From the NCBI GenBank assembly GCA_964359085.1, contig CAYHRT010000001.1, positions 1-56,721 on the forward strand: DNA of 56,721 nucleotides, in the 5' to 3' direction. The notes under the pieces are model-generated. The model saw only the letters and a program-made list of their open reading frames with translations. It made no database searches and had not been told where the DNA came from. This document shows, in pieces, positions 16,590 through 26,294 of this stretch (positions are counted from its first letter, which is position 1; the number at the start of each line of letters is the position of its first letter). This DNA comes from an uncultured Bdellovibrio sp. GTDB taxonomy: Bacteria > Bdellovibrionota > Bacteriovoracia > Bacteriovoracales > Bacteriovoracaceae. The translations under genes and the position numbers were made by a program.

Positions 16590-17453
16590 ATGTCTAAATT
16601 TTTTTTGAATACCATTGGTATTTTCATTGCCATGTCTTTACTTCTTTTTGGCCTTTCATTTAATGAAGCAAAGGCAGAGAAGATCGATACGCGAAAGTTA
16701 TTTACAAAAGAAATTGCAAATAATTTTGATGCTTCTGAAGACTCGTTATGTTTTTCCAATCATGGCTTTAAAGGACACACCGGTTATAATCCTTATCTCA
16801 TGATTTTGGGCCAAATCGCCGATTCAAGAGGGGCCTGTCAAGGCATGGTGGGGGTGGCTTCGGCCTTTAAATCCCATGTCATCTTTCGCCCTGGAAAAAA
16901 GAAAATGAGTAAAACAAAATTGCGTCGCAGAATCATGCGAGCGGTTCGGCTTCATCACAATGATTGTCAGGGAACCATATATATTGATGGATATAGCTCT
17001 TTAAAAAATTTATGCCAAGAAGAGTCAGATCTTTTGAGACAGCGTTCGCTTAGCTACAACGTAACTTTGGCCGTCACAGAAATTCTGCCAAAGTCAGGAA
17101 CCTTTTTTTGGGATGGGCCTTTATCTCATCCGGAGAAATTAAATCGACACCTCCTGCGACAACTTACCTCAATTTATCAGGACCTAAACAAAGGTCAATA
17201 TCCGCTCATGCTGGTGCATGACCATGTAACCATGGTCACAGGTATGAGTGTCGAACGAGACCCTCAAGGTTATATTAGAAAGCTCACATTAAAACACTAC
17301 GATCCCAATGTTGTGATGAGTTCTGTGCAAGATTTATTTGATCGCACCTATTCGTTTTCTCGTGATGGTATGGAAATTTCGGGAACTTTGATTTGGAATA
17401 TCACTCCCCGATCACTCACCCATCTTGGATGCCTTTTGGTGCCTCGAAATTAA
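16590..17453 (+). CDS. secreted hypothetical protein, possible Cys-His-Asp (papain/transglutaminase-like) fold
   Basis: Start trimmed to ATG 16590 (MSKFFLNTIGIFIAMSLLLFG, aaagggg upstream). Ordered motifs GACQGMVGV .. VHDHVTMVTG .. HYDPNV. Confidence 0.55.
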   Translation: MSKFFLNTIGIFIAMSLLLFGLSFNEAKAEKIDTRKLFTKEIANNFDASEDSLCFSNHGFKGHTGYNPYLMILGQIADSRGACQGMVGVASAFKSHVIFRPGKKKMSKTKLRRRIMRAVRLHHNDCQGTIYIDGYSSLKNLCQEESDLLRQRSLSYNVTLAVTEILPKSGTFFWDGPLSHPEKLNRHLLRQLTSIYQDLNKGQYPLMLVHDHVTMVTGMSVERDPQGYIRKLTLKHYDPNVVMSSVQDLFDRTYSFSRDGMEISGTLIWNITPRSLTHLGCLLVPRN

Positions 17454-17491
17454 TTGCTGTGCTTTTTCTATTTTTTAGTGGGAGTTGCTCT

Positions 17492-18970
17492 ATGTGTAGA
17501 AAAACGTTTTTTGTCAGCATTCTGTTGAGTTTCTTTGGACTGATGCAGACCGCGTCTTACGCCTATGAAACTGATCAATATTCTTTTCTTGATCTTGATT
17601 TAAAAGATGCCAGCATTGAACTCAATAACATTATCAATCAGGGACTCAAGGCCGCAACTTCCCGTTTTGTTGGAAAACGCGATCCTGAAAGTTTGGGCCA
17701 GCAAATAGCTTATCTTTTTTCCACGCGCCAACTTGAACGCTGGGTAAATTCATCTGGTCTCATTGAAACGGCCAGCGATAAAAAGATCAGCATCTTTAAT
17801 ACGACAACCTTTATGGCATCTCCCATTATCCGGGTGAAAGGACTTTCTCATACAATTAATCTATGTGGTGTTCATGTGGGTAGCGACAAAATGAGTCATT
17901 TCTTTGGAGTGGGTGGAATTCTAAGTTATATCTACAATAAAAACCTAAAAAAGGGCCTAAATTCTCAAGAAGCAGAAAAGCGTGCCTTTAATTTTTCTAT
18001 CAGGAGCGAGAAAACTATCTGGGGAGAATTGACCACAAATATTTTTTCCAATGCTGACTTAGTTGCCAATTACGAAGGATATTTATTTTTGCGTGGTCTT
18101 TTTGAAGATAACATTGGCCCCTATAAAAAGGCCTTGATCAAATGGGAAGGTGATCGTCCTGTTCTTACCAGGGAATTTAATTTTTGTGACTACGTCAATA
18201 ATTATTGGAGTGAAGCGGTTAATCCATCCTATATTCAAAAACGTTTGGCGCATAAGGTAAAGGGCCAACTTGCCTATCTTTGCCTCAAGGGTTACGTGGC
18301 CAGACATAAGCAAAAACTTTTTCCCTCTGATCGCACCGATTTGGAAAATCATTATCAAAATTTAGGTCTTAAGCGTAAAGGCAATATTAATTTAGAACAA
18401 ATTTGTCAGACCGTTTCCGCTTGGTCTCCGGAAGTTAAAGCAACATTTTTATCAAAACAACAGGAACTCAATGAAAGGTATGCCATTAGAAATAGCGTTG
18501 CCTCCATGGAGAATAATGATTCACATCAAAGCGTCGAGAAGCTTGCTGAAGGGGCTTCCATGTTTTGCAAGCGTAAATTTGCAAAGGCCATGGCCGAACA
18601 TGATGCAATTTCTAATTTTTATCAGACAGAAATTGCTCCAAAATTGCAGGAAATAGGTATAGAAAGCATGATTGAAGGGACCAAAGAACGACTGGACACC
18701 ATGGCCATCCGCTTTAATGGACGTGTCTACACTGATCAGTTGGCAAGAATGTGCATCGAATTTCCCATCAATTTAAATGGGATTCAAGGAAGTCATGTTG
18801 AAGATGCCTTCACCATTTGTTTCGACCATGCTTTAGAAAAGGTTGAAGATGCTTTTTATCATTTCAAACGTAAAAAAATGGAGCGTTTTTCGCTTGAGAG
18901 TTTACATGGGATTTTTGATAAGAAGAGTTATGTCTTTCGAACTATTCCGATGCTCTGTCGTTGGTATTGA
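17492..18970 (+). CDS. secreted hypothetical protein
   Basis: Start trimmed to ATG 17492 (MCRKTFFVSILLSFFGLMQTASYA). 492 aa. The GSDKMSHFFG motif is shared with the 38657..39802 protein. Confidence 0.6.
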   Translation: MCRKTFFVSILLSFFGLMQTASYAYETDQYSFLDLDLKDASIELNNIINQGLKAATSRFVGKRDPESLGQQIAYLFSTRQLERWVNSSGLIETASDKKISIFNTTTFMASPIIRVKGLSHTINLCGVHVGSDKMSHFFGVGGILSYIYNKNLKKGLNSQEAEKRAFNFSIRSEKTIWGELTTNIFSNADLVANYEGYLFLRGLFEDNIGPYKKALIKWEGDRPVLTREFNFCDYVNNYWSEAVNPSYIQKRLAHKVKGQLAYLCLKGYVARHKQKLFPSDRTDLENHYQNLGLKRKGNINLEQICQTVSAWSPEVKATFLSKQQELNERYAIRNSVASMENNDSHQSVEKLAEGASMFCKRKFAKAMAEHDAISNFYQTEIAPKLQEIGIESMIEGTKERLDTMAIRFNGRVYTDQLARMCIEFPINLNGIQGSHVEDAFTICFDHALEKVEDAFYHFKRKKMERFSLESLHGIFDKKSYVFRTIPMLCRWY

Positions 18971-18984
18971 TATACCTGGCACCC

Positions 18985-20205
18985 CTAGGGCATGCCACCA
19001 AACATAAAATCCAGAACTGTCTTTTTCTTTCGGATAGTATCAAAGTAGCCAAGCTCTATGAGTTGATTTGTATACGTTTTTTCGAAAGCAAGGTAGGAAA
19101 GGAGGTCCCATCCCTTATTTTCTTTAGCACCCAGCCCCTTCAACAAATAACGGATGATGCCGGGAAATTCATGAAGAGTACCCATGGCAAGTTCTCCCAA
19201 ATCCTGACTTGGCCTTAGCGCCAACAGCGGAATATGCCTTAGTTTACTGGACATCTTCGAACGGTGCTCCTGAGGTATGACGGAAACGGTGCTGTTAATA
19301 CGCTCCATTCTTTCAATATCAGTTTCCAGTGAATCTAAGAAAACAGAATTTAGAAGCATCCCACTAATTTCGGCAATCGTCAGATCACTGCCAGCAAGGT
19401 TTTGGTTAAGCTCAACCGTTTCTTGATGACTGCGGGGATGACGAATACCAATAGCGATGATCCGATCTGCCCCCAAATGAATGGCCGGTCCCAAAGGCGA
19501 AGTCAGTCTTATGCAGCCATCACCGTAAAATATGCCATTGATTTTGACGGGTGGAAAAAAAACCGGGATGGCACAAGATGCCATGACGTGCTCTAGCGTC
19601 AAATGAGTATGAATGCCTAGCCGATTGGCCCTCCCCCATGGGTCTAATTCCTCAGCTCCATCATAAAAACAGATGGCAGTTCCCGTTAGATAATTTGTGA
19701 CCGAGACACCTACACCATGCAAAAGTCCATCTTTAAAAAATTGTGGCAACCGCTCAAGATGTAGTTCCTTCCTTAACAATTCTTCCAATGGGCCTGTGTC
19801 CAATAAATAATTCGACTTCTTTTTTTTGCTAAAGGCCCCTGTCAATCCCAACATCCCAAGCCACTTTATTGCCAAAGAGACCATACGTTTTGAATCAGTC
19901 CTGTATACTTTTTCGGTATGAAGGTTTAACCATAAATCCCAAAGGCCCTGCGCTCCAGCTTGAAAATCATCGGCACGCGACATGAGATAACTTCCATTAA
20001 TGGCGCCGGTTGATGCCCCTGTGATAACATCAAAAGGAATTTTCTTACGCGAGGGCGCGAGATCTGCGATCGCTTGAATGACTCCCACTTGATATGCGGC
20101 ACGCGCCCCACCGCCTGTGAGTACAAGACCAAGATTCATGATTAACAGTACAGCATCCCTCGCAAAAGCGGTGTGATGTTTCTCATCGCCTCTGACAACC
20201 TTCAT
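18985..20205 (-). CDS. patatin-like phospholipase
   Basis: GGGARAAYQVGV oxyanion motif, GASTGA (GxSxG), and YGDGC (the DG of the catalytic dyad). The start could instead be ATG 20139 (MNLGLVLTGGG). Confidence 0.85.
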   Translation of the reverse strand: MKVVRGDEKHHTAFARDAVLLIMNLGLVLTGGGARAAYQVGVIQAIADLAPSRKKIPFDVITGASTGAINGSYLMSRADDFQAGAQGLWDLWLNLHTEKVYRTDSKRMVSLAIKWLGMLGLTGAFSKKKKSNYLLDTGPLEELLRKELHLERLPQFFKDGLLHGVGVSVTNYLTGTAICFYDGAEELDPWGRANRLGIHTHLTLEHVMASCAIPVFFPPVKINGIFYGDGCIRLTSPLGPAIHLGADRIIAIGIRHPRSHQETVELNQNLAGSDLTIAEISGMLLNSVFLDSLETDIERMERINSTVSVIPQEHRSKMSSKLRHIPLLALRPSQDLGELAMGTLHEFPGIIRYLLKGLGAKENKGWDLLSYLAFEKTYTNQLIELGYFDTIRKKKTVLDFMFGGMP

Positions 20206-20240
20206 TACTTTAAAAGACGTATGCCCATGCTAGGGTTGTT

Positions 20241-20657
20241 ATGTTGGAACCAAAGAGAAAGGCGATGACAGGAAATTCCGGACATAAGAGTTGTGCACGC
20301 ATTTTAATAGTTGAGGACGATGAATCTATCCGAGAGGTACTGAAATATGCACTGGTGCTGGAGGGATATGAAGTATCCACCGCTATCAATGGCAAAGAAG
20401 GGCTAGAACAACTTGCAAAAATGCCCTCCACCTGCTTGATTCTGCTAGACCTCATGATGCCTGTCATGAACGGTTGGCAGTTTATCGAGGCCATCGGAAA
20501 AGACATGATGCTGGCGACTATTCCGGTGGTGCTTGTCACCGCCTTCAGTGAACAGGCCAAAGACTTAAACCCAAAAGATATCATCAAAAAACCTATTGAT
20601 CTGGGAATGCTTCTTAACTCGGTAAAGAAATGGTGTGTTCCCCCACCAAAAAAGTGA
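20241..20657 (+). CDS. single-domain response regulator (CheY-like receiver)
   Basis: ILIVEDDESIREVL .. LLDLMMPVMNGW .. VTAF..K receiver pattern. Confidence 0.85.
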   Translation: MLEPKRKAMTGNSGHKSCARILIVEDDESIREVLKYALVLEGYEVSTAINGKEGLEQLAKMPSTCLILLDLMMPVMNGWQFIEAIGKDMMLATIPVVLVTAFSEQAKDLNPKDIIKKPIDLGMLLNSVKKWCVPPPKK

Positions 20658-20675
20658 AGTTGGCGGGAGGTTTAT

Positions 20676-22277
20676 GTGGACCGGCATGAAGAATTTTACC
20701 AGTTGATTTTGGAGCACTGTCTTGATGCAGGAATAGGCATGGATGATAAGGGCATCATTACCGACTGGAACCTTCAAGCAGAAAAAATTTTTGGATGGAA
20801 AAAAGAGGAAGCGATAGGACGTGGCCTATCAGAAACCATTATTCCAACCCGCTTCCGTGAGGCACACGAGCAAGACCTGAAAAAAGGCCTGATCACTGGA
20901 GAAGGTGCTGTTTTCAACAAACACCTTGAAAAAAGTGCTTTGCGCAAGGACGGTTCAGAATTTCCGGTGGAATTAACCGTAATTCCCATTAGAGTTAAGA
21001 GGGGGGTTTCTTTTTATGCTTTTTTAAGGGATCTCACTGTACAAAAAAAGCTTGAACAAGAGTCTGTCAAAGGGCACGAGGAACTTGAAATACGGGTTAA
21101 TAAGCGCACCCAGGAAATCCAAAATGCCTATGGATTTGTGAACGCCGTAATTGAGAATATTCCTGACATGATTTTTGTCAAAGAGGCCAAAGAACTGCGT
21201 TTCGTGCGTTTTAATAAGGCAGGAGAAGAACTCCTCGGTTATACACGCAACGAACTGATCGGAAAAAATGATTATGATTTTTTTCCAAAAGCGGAGGCCG
21301 ATTTTTTCACTTCTAAGGATAGGGAAGTACTGTCCAACGGAGCGCTCTTGGATATTTTAGAAGAACCCATCCAAACGCGCCTAAAGGGTAGGCGCATTCT
21401 GCACACAAAGAAAATTCCCATCTATAATGAGCAGGGCAGGCCTGAGTACCTGCTGGGAATCTCTGAAGACATCACTGAAAAACAACAGGCAACGGAAAAT
21501 TACCTGAAACTAAAAGAAGAGGAACTGGCACTGGCCGAAACCAAAAGAGAGCTGCAAGAACGGGATGAATTTCTTTCTATCATCGCCCACGAATTAAGAA
21601 ATCCTTTAAGCGCACTCCTCATGATCACTCAGCTTTTGGAAAGACAATTTCAGGAAGGTAAATTCGCCGACGGCATAGAATTTAAATCTATGGCGAATAT
21701 CCTTCAAAAGGCAAAGGAGCAAATCGAACAATTTTCCGTCTTAGTGGAAGATCTTCTGGATGTCTCACGGATCAGTGCAGGAAGACTGTCCATTAAAAGG
21801 ACCAGTGTGAATCTGGCGGAGACCATACAAAGTTGTCTAAGGCATTATGAAGTCATGATCAGGAAGGCCAAGTGCCCCCTCCAACTTGACCTCCAGACAC
21901 AGATCATCGGCCAATGGGACCCCATTCGTCTTGAGCAGATTTTATGGAACCTGCTCAGTAATGCCTTGAAGTTTGGTGCCGGAAAACCAATTGAAATTTC
22001 GAGCAAACTAGAAGCGAACAAGGCAATCATAAAAGTCATAGATCATGGCATAGGCATCTCAAAAGAAGATCAAGAGAAAATTTTCACCCGTTTTACGCGG
22101 GCCGTTTCGATTAGAGATTATGCAGGCTTTGGACTTGGGCTGTATATCGCCAAACAACTCGCGAATGCGCAAGGCGGGTCAGTCCGTGTTCAAAGCGAGA
22201 TAGGTCAAGGTTCGACGTTTACGGTGGAACTCCCTCTTAGTTCACCAATAAAAAGCGCGGGGCAAGAGAGTGCCTAA
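20676..22277 (+). CDS. PAS-domain sensor histidine kinase
   Basis: Two PAS-like segments, an H-box SIIAHELRNPLSAL, an N-box NLLSNALKF, and G-boxes DHGIGI and GFGLGL. Confidence 0.9.
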   Translation: MDRHEEFYQLILEHCLDAGIGMDDKGIITDWNLQAEKIFGWKKEEAIGRGLSETIIPTRFREAHEQDLKKGLITGEGAVFNKHLEKSALRKDGSEFPVELTVIPIRVKRGVSFYAFLRDLTVQKKLEQESVKGHEELEIRVNKRTQEIQNAYGFVNAVIENIPDMIFVKEAKELRFVRFNKAGEELLGYTRNELIGKNDYDFFPKAEADFFTSKDREVLSNGALLDILEEPIQTRLKGRRILHTKKIPIYNEQGRPEYLLGISEDITEKQQATENYLKLKEEELALAETKRELQERDEFLSIIAHELRNPLSALLMITQLLERQFQEGKFADGIEFKSMANILQKAKEQIEQFSVLVEDLLDVSRISAGRLSIKRTSVNLAETIQSCLRHYEVMIRKAKCPLQLDLQTQIIGQWDPIRLEQILWNLLSNALKFGAGKPIEISSKLEANKAIIKVIDHGIGISKEDQEKIFTRFTRAVSIRDYAGFGLGLYIAKQLANAQGGSVRVQSEIGQGSTFTVELPLSSPIKSAGQESA

Positions 22278-22337
22278 TAGTTCGAATTTTTGCATTATGT
22301 TCCAATTATTGATAAGATTTGGTGATGGAGTTTTGAG

Positions 22338-22578
22338 ATGCCCACTATATCAATGTTTTATGGAATTTTAATCAAGATGTTTTTTAAAGATACAGAGCGA
22401 CACAAGTTGCCGCACGTTCACGCAGAATACCAAGGAAGTATTGGCGTGTATTCAATCGAAGATGGAACACTGCTTGCCGGTTCACTGGATTGAAATTCAC
22501 AATGATGATCTTCTTGCAGATTGGGAACTCGCGGTCAACGGAAAGAAGCCTTTTCCAATTAAGGGACTTGATCAATGA
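22338..22578 (+). pseudogene. DUF4160-family gene disrupted by a frameshift or internal deletion
   Basis: MPTISMFYGILIKMFFKDTERHKLPHVHAEYQG..GSLD then a stop at 22491-22493. The family C-terminus WIEIHNDDLLADWELAVNGKKPFPIKGLDQ continues in another frame, 22486-22578. Confidence 0.65.
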
Positions 22579-22805
22579 AAATACTCAAAGTTACTCCGCA
22601 AACAGGTTTTACTCTTCTGTTTGAATTTGATGATGGGAGTAAGGGAGTTTTTGATGTTGCTCCCTATTTAAAATATGAAGCCTTTGAACCACTCAACTCT
22701 GAGGAAGAGTTTTTTTAAATTACAAATGGGGCATACTACATCGAATGGGATTGCGGAGCAGACCTCTCCATCGACACGATAGAAGCAAAACTTAAAATCG
22801 CTTAA
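22575..22805 (+). pseudogene. DUF2442-family gene with an in-frame TAA
   Basis: MKILKVTPQTGFTLLFEFDDGSKGVFDV..EEEFF, then TAA at 22716-22718. The same frame continues ITNGAYYIEWDCGADLSIDTIEAKLKIA to TAA at 22803-22805. Confidence 0.6.
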
Positions 22806-22837
22806 GTCCTGTCCAAACTGCCTTTTTCAACACTCTG

Positions 22838-23500
22838 TTAGTTCACCAAAAAAAAGCGCGGATCAAGAGAATGCTGAACATCCTTGATCACCCCATCGTT
22901 TTCATGCAAATCTCTTTTTGTGAATCCAACCGTGATATGGGGAAAAAAATGTTCAGGATCAAATGATTTAGGGTCACCGCCCTTGTCGACAAAACGCTTA
23001 TATATCAAGCGTCGAAGCTGCAAGAGATCCTCAGATTGAACAATCAAGAAAAATGTTTCTTGCGTTCTCCCATCCAAAAAAATCTTGCCACTGCCAACTC
23101 CCAAAACATCAAAACGTGATTTTTGAATTTCCAACTCTCGGGCAATTTGATTAATCTCCCTCATGCTAAGTTTGTTTTTAAGCGCCTGCACATATTCAGG
23201 TGGAGTTATCACTGTAATGTGGGCCTCACCCCGATTGATCAGATTTGGGTAGAGGGCCTGACGAATTTTGGCCAAAATTTCAGCGATGGGTTCAAAACGC
23301 ACATTCATCACCAGATAGCTGTCAAAGGCCCCTGGCCCTTCGTAGGTATTAAAAGGCAGTTTTTCGTTCTGATAGATCTCCTGCAATAAAGTAATCGGAA
23401 TTTTTTGCTCTGCACTTTCAGCAAAAGCGGATGGCCCGACAACAATTGCTGGCAATAACCAAGCAAGTAAAAAAAGGATGGAACGAGTTCTTACTACCAT
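22838..23500 (-). CDS. secreted 2H-phosphoesterase-superfamily protein
   Basis: 220 aa. Signal peptide ..VVGPSAFAES. Two HxTx motifs (GEAHITVITPPE and FFPHITVGFT) at the spacing typical of LigT/CPDase-like enzymes. Confidence 0.65.
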   Translation of the reverse strand: MVVRTRSILFLLAWLLPAIVVGPSAFAESAEQKIPITLLQEIYQNEKLPFNTYEGPGAFDSYLVMNVRFEPIAEILAKIRQALYPNLINRGEAHITVITPPEYVQALKNKLSMREINQIARELEIQKSRFDVLGVGSGKIFLDGRTQETFFLIVQSEDLLQLRRLIYKRFVDKGGDPKSFDPEHFFPHITVGFTKRDLHENDGVIKDVQHSLDPRFFLVN

Positions 23501-23773
23501 TGTCGAAAAGTACCCTTACTAACTCGCTATGATAGGCCGGTGTATAAAAAAAACAGAGTTCGACATGAATTCAATATTTTCTAATAGTTAGCGTATGCTC
23601 TTCAGCCATTTTTCTTCCCTATTTTGGCGCCCAAGCGCAAGCTAGAATGAATTAACCCTACAAGAAAAACAGATTGGAGCGGAACCCAAGACCTTTCCAA
23701 AACAAGACCCCAAAAACAACTCCCTTTTGCAGTGGTCCCGCTCCAAGCTGTTTCCCCCACTCCCAATACTTGT

Positions 23774-25270
23774 TCAAAATGAGAATAATCGCTCGAATCG
23801 TATGAAGATAATTTCAAAAAAACCACTATCGTGCTTCTCTGGAATACCGGTCGCGACATGAAGCCCGAGAGAAGATGCGACAAACCAATCATGAGAAAGG
23901 CGAAAGCGTCGATCTAAAAGTAGAGAGAGATCGAATCCTTGAACTGTTCCAGCATCCCGGGACCAATTTTGATCAGCAGAAGTGGTATCAGTATTATGGT
24001 CCATCCTTGTACCACCACTATGGCGATAGGAAATACCTGCTCCCAGCTCAAGGTCTGCGGGTAGTTCCCAAAGTTTCAGAAAAGACAATTGATATTCACT
24101 CCATGATTGAAATGATTTACTTCCTTTCTCGATATAGCGCCGCTCTAGATGGCGCATTTTAAAAGCATAAAAATGTTGCCGATTGTATTTATACGCGAAC
24201 GACAAAGTGGGAGAAAAAGATTGAAATTTCTGCACTATCACGTGGGTGTACGAATCTTGCGAAAGAAAGAAATGACCAAAAGACAGGCCAACAACCAAAG
24301 ACCGATCTTTTAGGTGCCCCGGATTGTACCAGGGTGGGGTCGGTTTCCAAGCGGCAAACTGCAATTTTCTGGTTTTTTGAAAAACTTGTCCGCTCGGTTC
24401 AAGAAGTTCAAACTGCAAGGTCTGTTCGTCCTGTACCCATTCTAAAGAATACTGAAAGGCCCCCTCATCATCACTTTTCACAAATTGATTATTGATTTTT
24501 AGTGTCCATCCTGGCGTGATCGATCCCTCAATCTGACCGATCTCTTGCTCCAAAATAACCATTTCATTGGACCAATCGATACCATTCTTTTTGAGACTTA
24601 AAATCGGACGTTCTGATGAAAAACGCTCACGCACTAAGTTTAATTTGTAGCTTATAATTTCCTCGACACCCTCTCGTCTTTTTGAAACTCCCGCAAAATG
24701 GTTCTCTCCCTCATTAAGCATCGTCTCAAAAGTTGCGCGCCCTCCTCCACTGCGCGTAAGTTTTCCATTACTCATTTCTACTTTTTCACTTTCATCAAGT
24801 GGCCCAATCAAGACAAAAGGATAGGGACTTTTATACTCTCCATCTTCAATCTCATATTTCTCATCTACTCTTTGCTGAAAAATATTATTCGAAAGCGTCA
24901 TGGAGGTGCGATAACATTTTGTGCGACCGATCAGCTCAATATTTAAATGACTAATCCCTCGGTTTGTCAGTTCGGCAAAGAAGCGAAGATGGTTGCCTTC
25001 TAATAAATAGCGTTGTTGATTCACGTAGAGTCCAAGTTCTTTTCCCTGGCATGGTAAAATTTCTAATGACGCCGTTTTATTTTCAGCATTCATGAAAAAG
25101 TTAAGCGGCAACAAAGCACCGGTTAATTGCACACGACTCACGACCGGACTGGCCTGAATGTGCACAAAGGACAGATTCTTAGTAGGACCATAAAAATGGA
25201 AAAACTCTCCACTCCAAGCGGTGGTGAGTGAGAGTACAAAAAGCCAAAATGCTAACGTGTGAATTTTCAT
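23774..25270 (-). CDS. outer-membrane or secreted hypothetical protein
   Basis: 498 aa. Signal peptide MKIHTLAFWLFVLSLTTAWS. The C-terminal alternating pattern ends in ..FERLFSF, a terminal Phe as in many OMPs. Confidence 0.55.
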   Translation of the reverse strand: MKIHTLAFWLFVLSLTTAWSGEFFHFYGPTKNLSFVHIQASPVVSRVQLTGALLPLNFFMNAENKTASLEILPCQGKELGLYVNQQRYLLEGNHLRFFAELTNRGISHLNIELIGRTKCYRTSMTLSNNIFQQRVDEKYEIEDGEYKSPYPFVLIGPLDESEKVEMSNGKLTRSGGGRATFETMLNEGENHFAGVSKRREGVEEIISYKLNLVRERFSSERPILSLKKNGIDWSNEMVILEQEIGQIEGSITPGWTLKINNQFVKSDDEGAFQYSLEWVQDEQTLQFELLEPSGQVFQKTRKLQFAAWKPTPPWYNPGHLKDRSLVVGLSFGHFFLSQDSYTHVIVQKFQSFSPTLSFAYKYNRQHFYAFKMRHLERRYIEKGSKSFQSWSEYQLSFLKLWELPADLELGAGISYRHSGGTRMDHNTDTTSADQNWSRDAGTVQGFDLSLLLDRRFRLSHDWFVASSLGLHVATGIPEKHDSGFFEIIFIRFERLFSF

Positions 25271-25378
25271 AGGGGGGCACGCCTAATTTTAAGCAAGGCC
25301 CAAAGTTAAGCACCTCACTCATACTAAATTATCATTTAAATCCAAAGAGTTGTCGAGAGCATGGAGGTCGTTTCGAGC

Positions 25379-25393
25379 TGGCACTCGACTTGC
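25379..25393 (+). promoter_or_regulatory. sigma-54 (-24/-12) promoter candidate
   Basis: TGGCACtcgacTTGC is an exact match to the TGGCAC-N5-TTGC consensus and spacing. It lies 32 nt upstream of ATG 25425. Confidence 0.6.
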
Positions 25394-25424
25394 TCATACA
25401 GAAAGCAACAAACAAGGGGGAAAT

Positions 25425-25562
25425 ATGAAAACAATTTTGAAAAGTCTTTTGCTCATTGCTTTACTTGCTTCTTTTATGGCCTGCAATAGCGATTCATCGG
25501 GATCAGCAGCGCCAGCAGCTCCGGAAAAAGTCGTTTTAGAACTTGAAGGCGCTGGACAGTAA
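25425..25562 (+). CDS. small lipoprotein
   Basis: Start trimmed to ATG 25425 (aagggggaaat upstream). MKTILKSLLLIALLASFMAC carries a lipobox. 45 aa. Confidence 0.5.
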   Translation: MKTILKSLLLIALLASFMACNSDSSGSAAPAAPEKVVLELEGAGQ

Positions 25563-25597
25563 TTGAAAAAATAATTTAAAACAAAAAGGAGATTTTT

Positions 25598-26248
25598 ATG
25601 AAAACAAAATTTTTAGCGCTCATACTTTTCGCAATGACAACAAGGAGTTTGGCTGCCGATCTTGCCCTTGATCCTAGCTATCTCGATCTGAAAGTGTATA
25701 AATTCGCTATTTCAAAAAGCGAATTTTGCACAGACTTGATTACCGTTTTCGAGAGCGACAATCCAGTTTATGAAAACGTTTTGAGCAACCCCTCGCTCGG
25801 TACTGGAAGTATTGAGGCCGGAACTTACAACTGTGTGGTAATCGAATTTTTAGATATTATCCGTTTTGCTTCGAGCACCAACAGCGATTCTGGACTTTGT
25901 GTTGCGGGAGAACAGCACAGCCTTCAAATTTGTCGTGCTGATTACCCAGAAAGTGGGCGATTGGTTGATGGAACGGAATTTGCCTGTAATGATAGCGAGC
26001 AACGAGTGGCCGTCTATCTCTCGACTGGTTCGACTGGTGGTGATAATGACGAGCCGGCCTTTCTTCCTCCCACCGCCCAAAATCGTGATCGCGGTCTACC
26101 ACTCCTTGCTCCCTTGATTGTGAGCAATGATACGATAGCTAAATTTATCGTCGATGGCCGCGGCCAAATCGAGGACACTACGCCACTCGGATGGCAAAAT
26201 CCGATCTGCGAAATGAATGCCCCAACTTTTAGCTTTGGTAAAAAATAA
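25598..26248 (+). CDS. secreted hypothetical protein
   Basis: 216 aa. Signal peptide MKTKFLALILFAMTTRSLAA. aaaggag upstream. Confidence 0.6.
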   Translation: MKTKFLALILFAMTTRSLAADLALDPSYLDLKVYKFAISKSEFCTDLITVFESDNPVYENVLSNPSLGTGSIEAGTYNCVVIEFLDIIRFASSTNSDSGLCVAGEQHSLQICRADYPESGRLVDGTEFACNDSEQRVAVYLSTGSTGGDNDEPAFLPPTAQNRDRGLPLLAPLIVSNDTIAKFIVDGRGQIEDTTPLGWQNPICEMNAPTFSFGKK

Positions 26249-26294
26249 AAGCTGAAGAAAATTGAAGAGAGTAAAAATAAACTCACTCTCAAAT

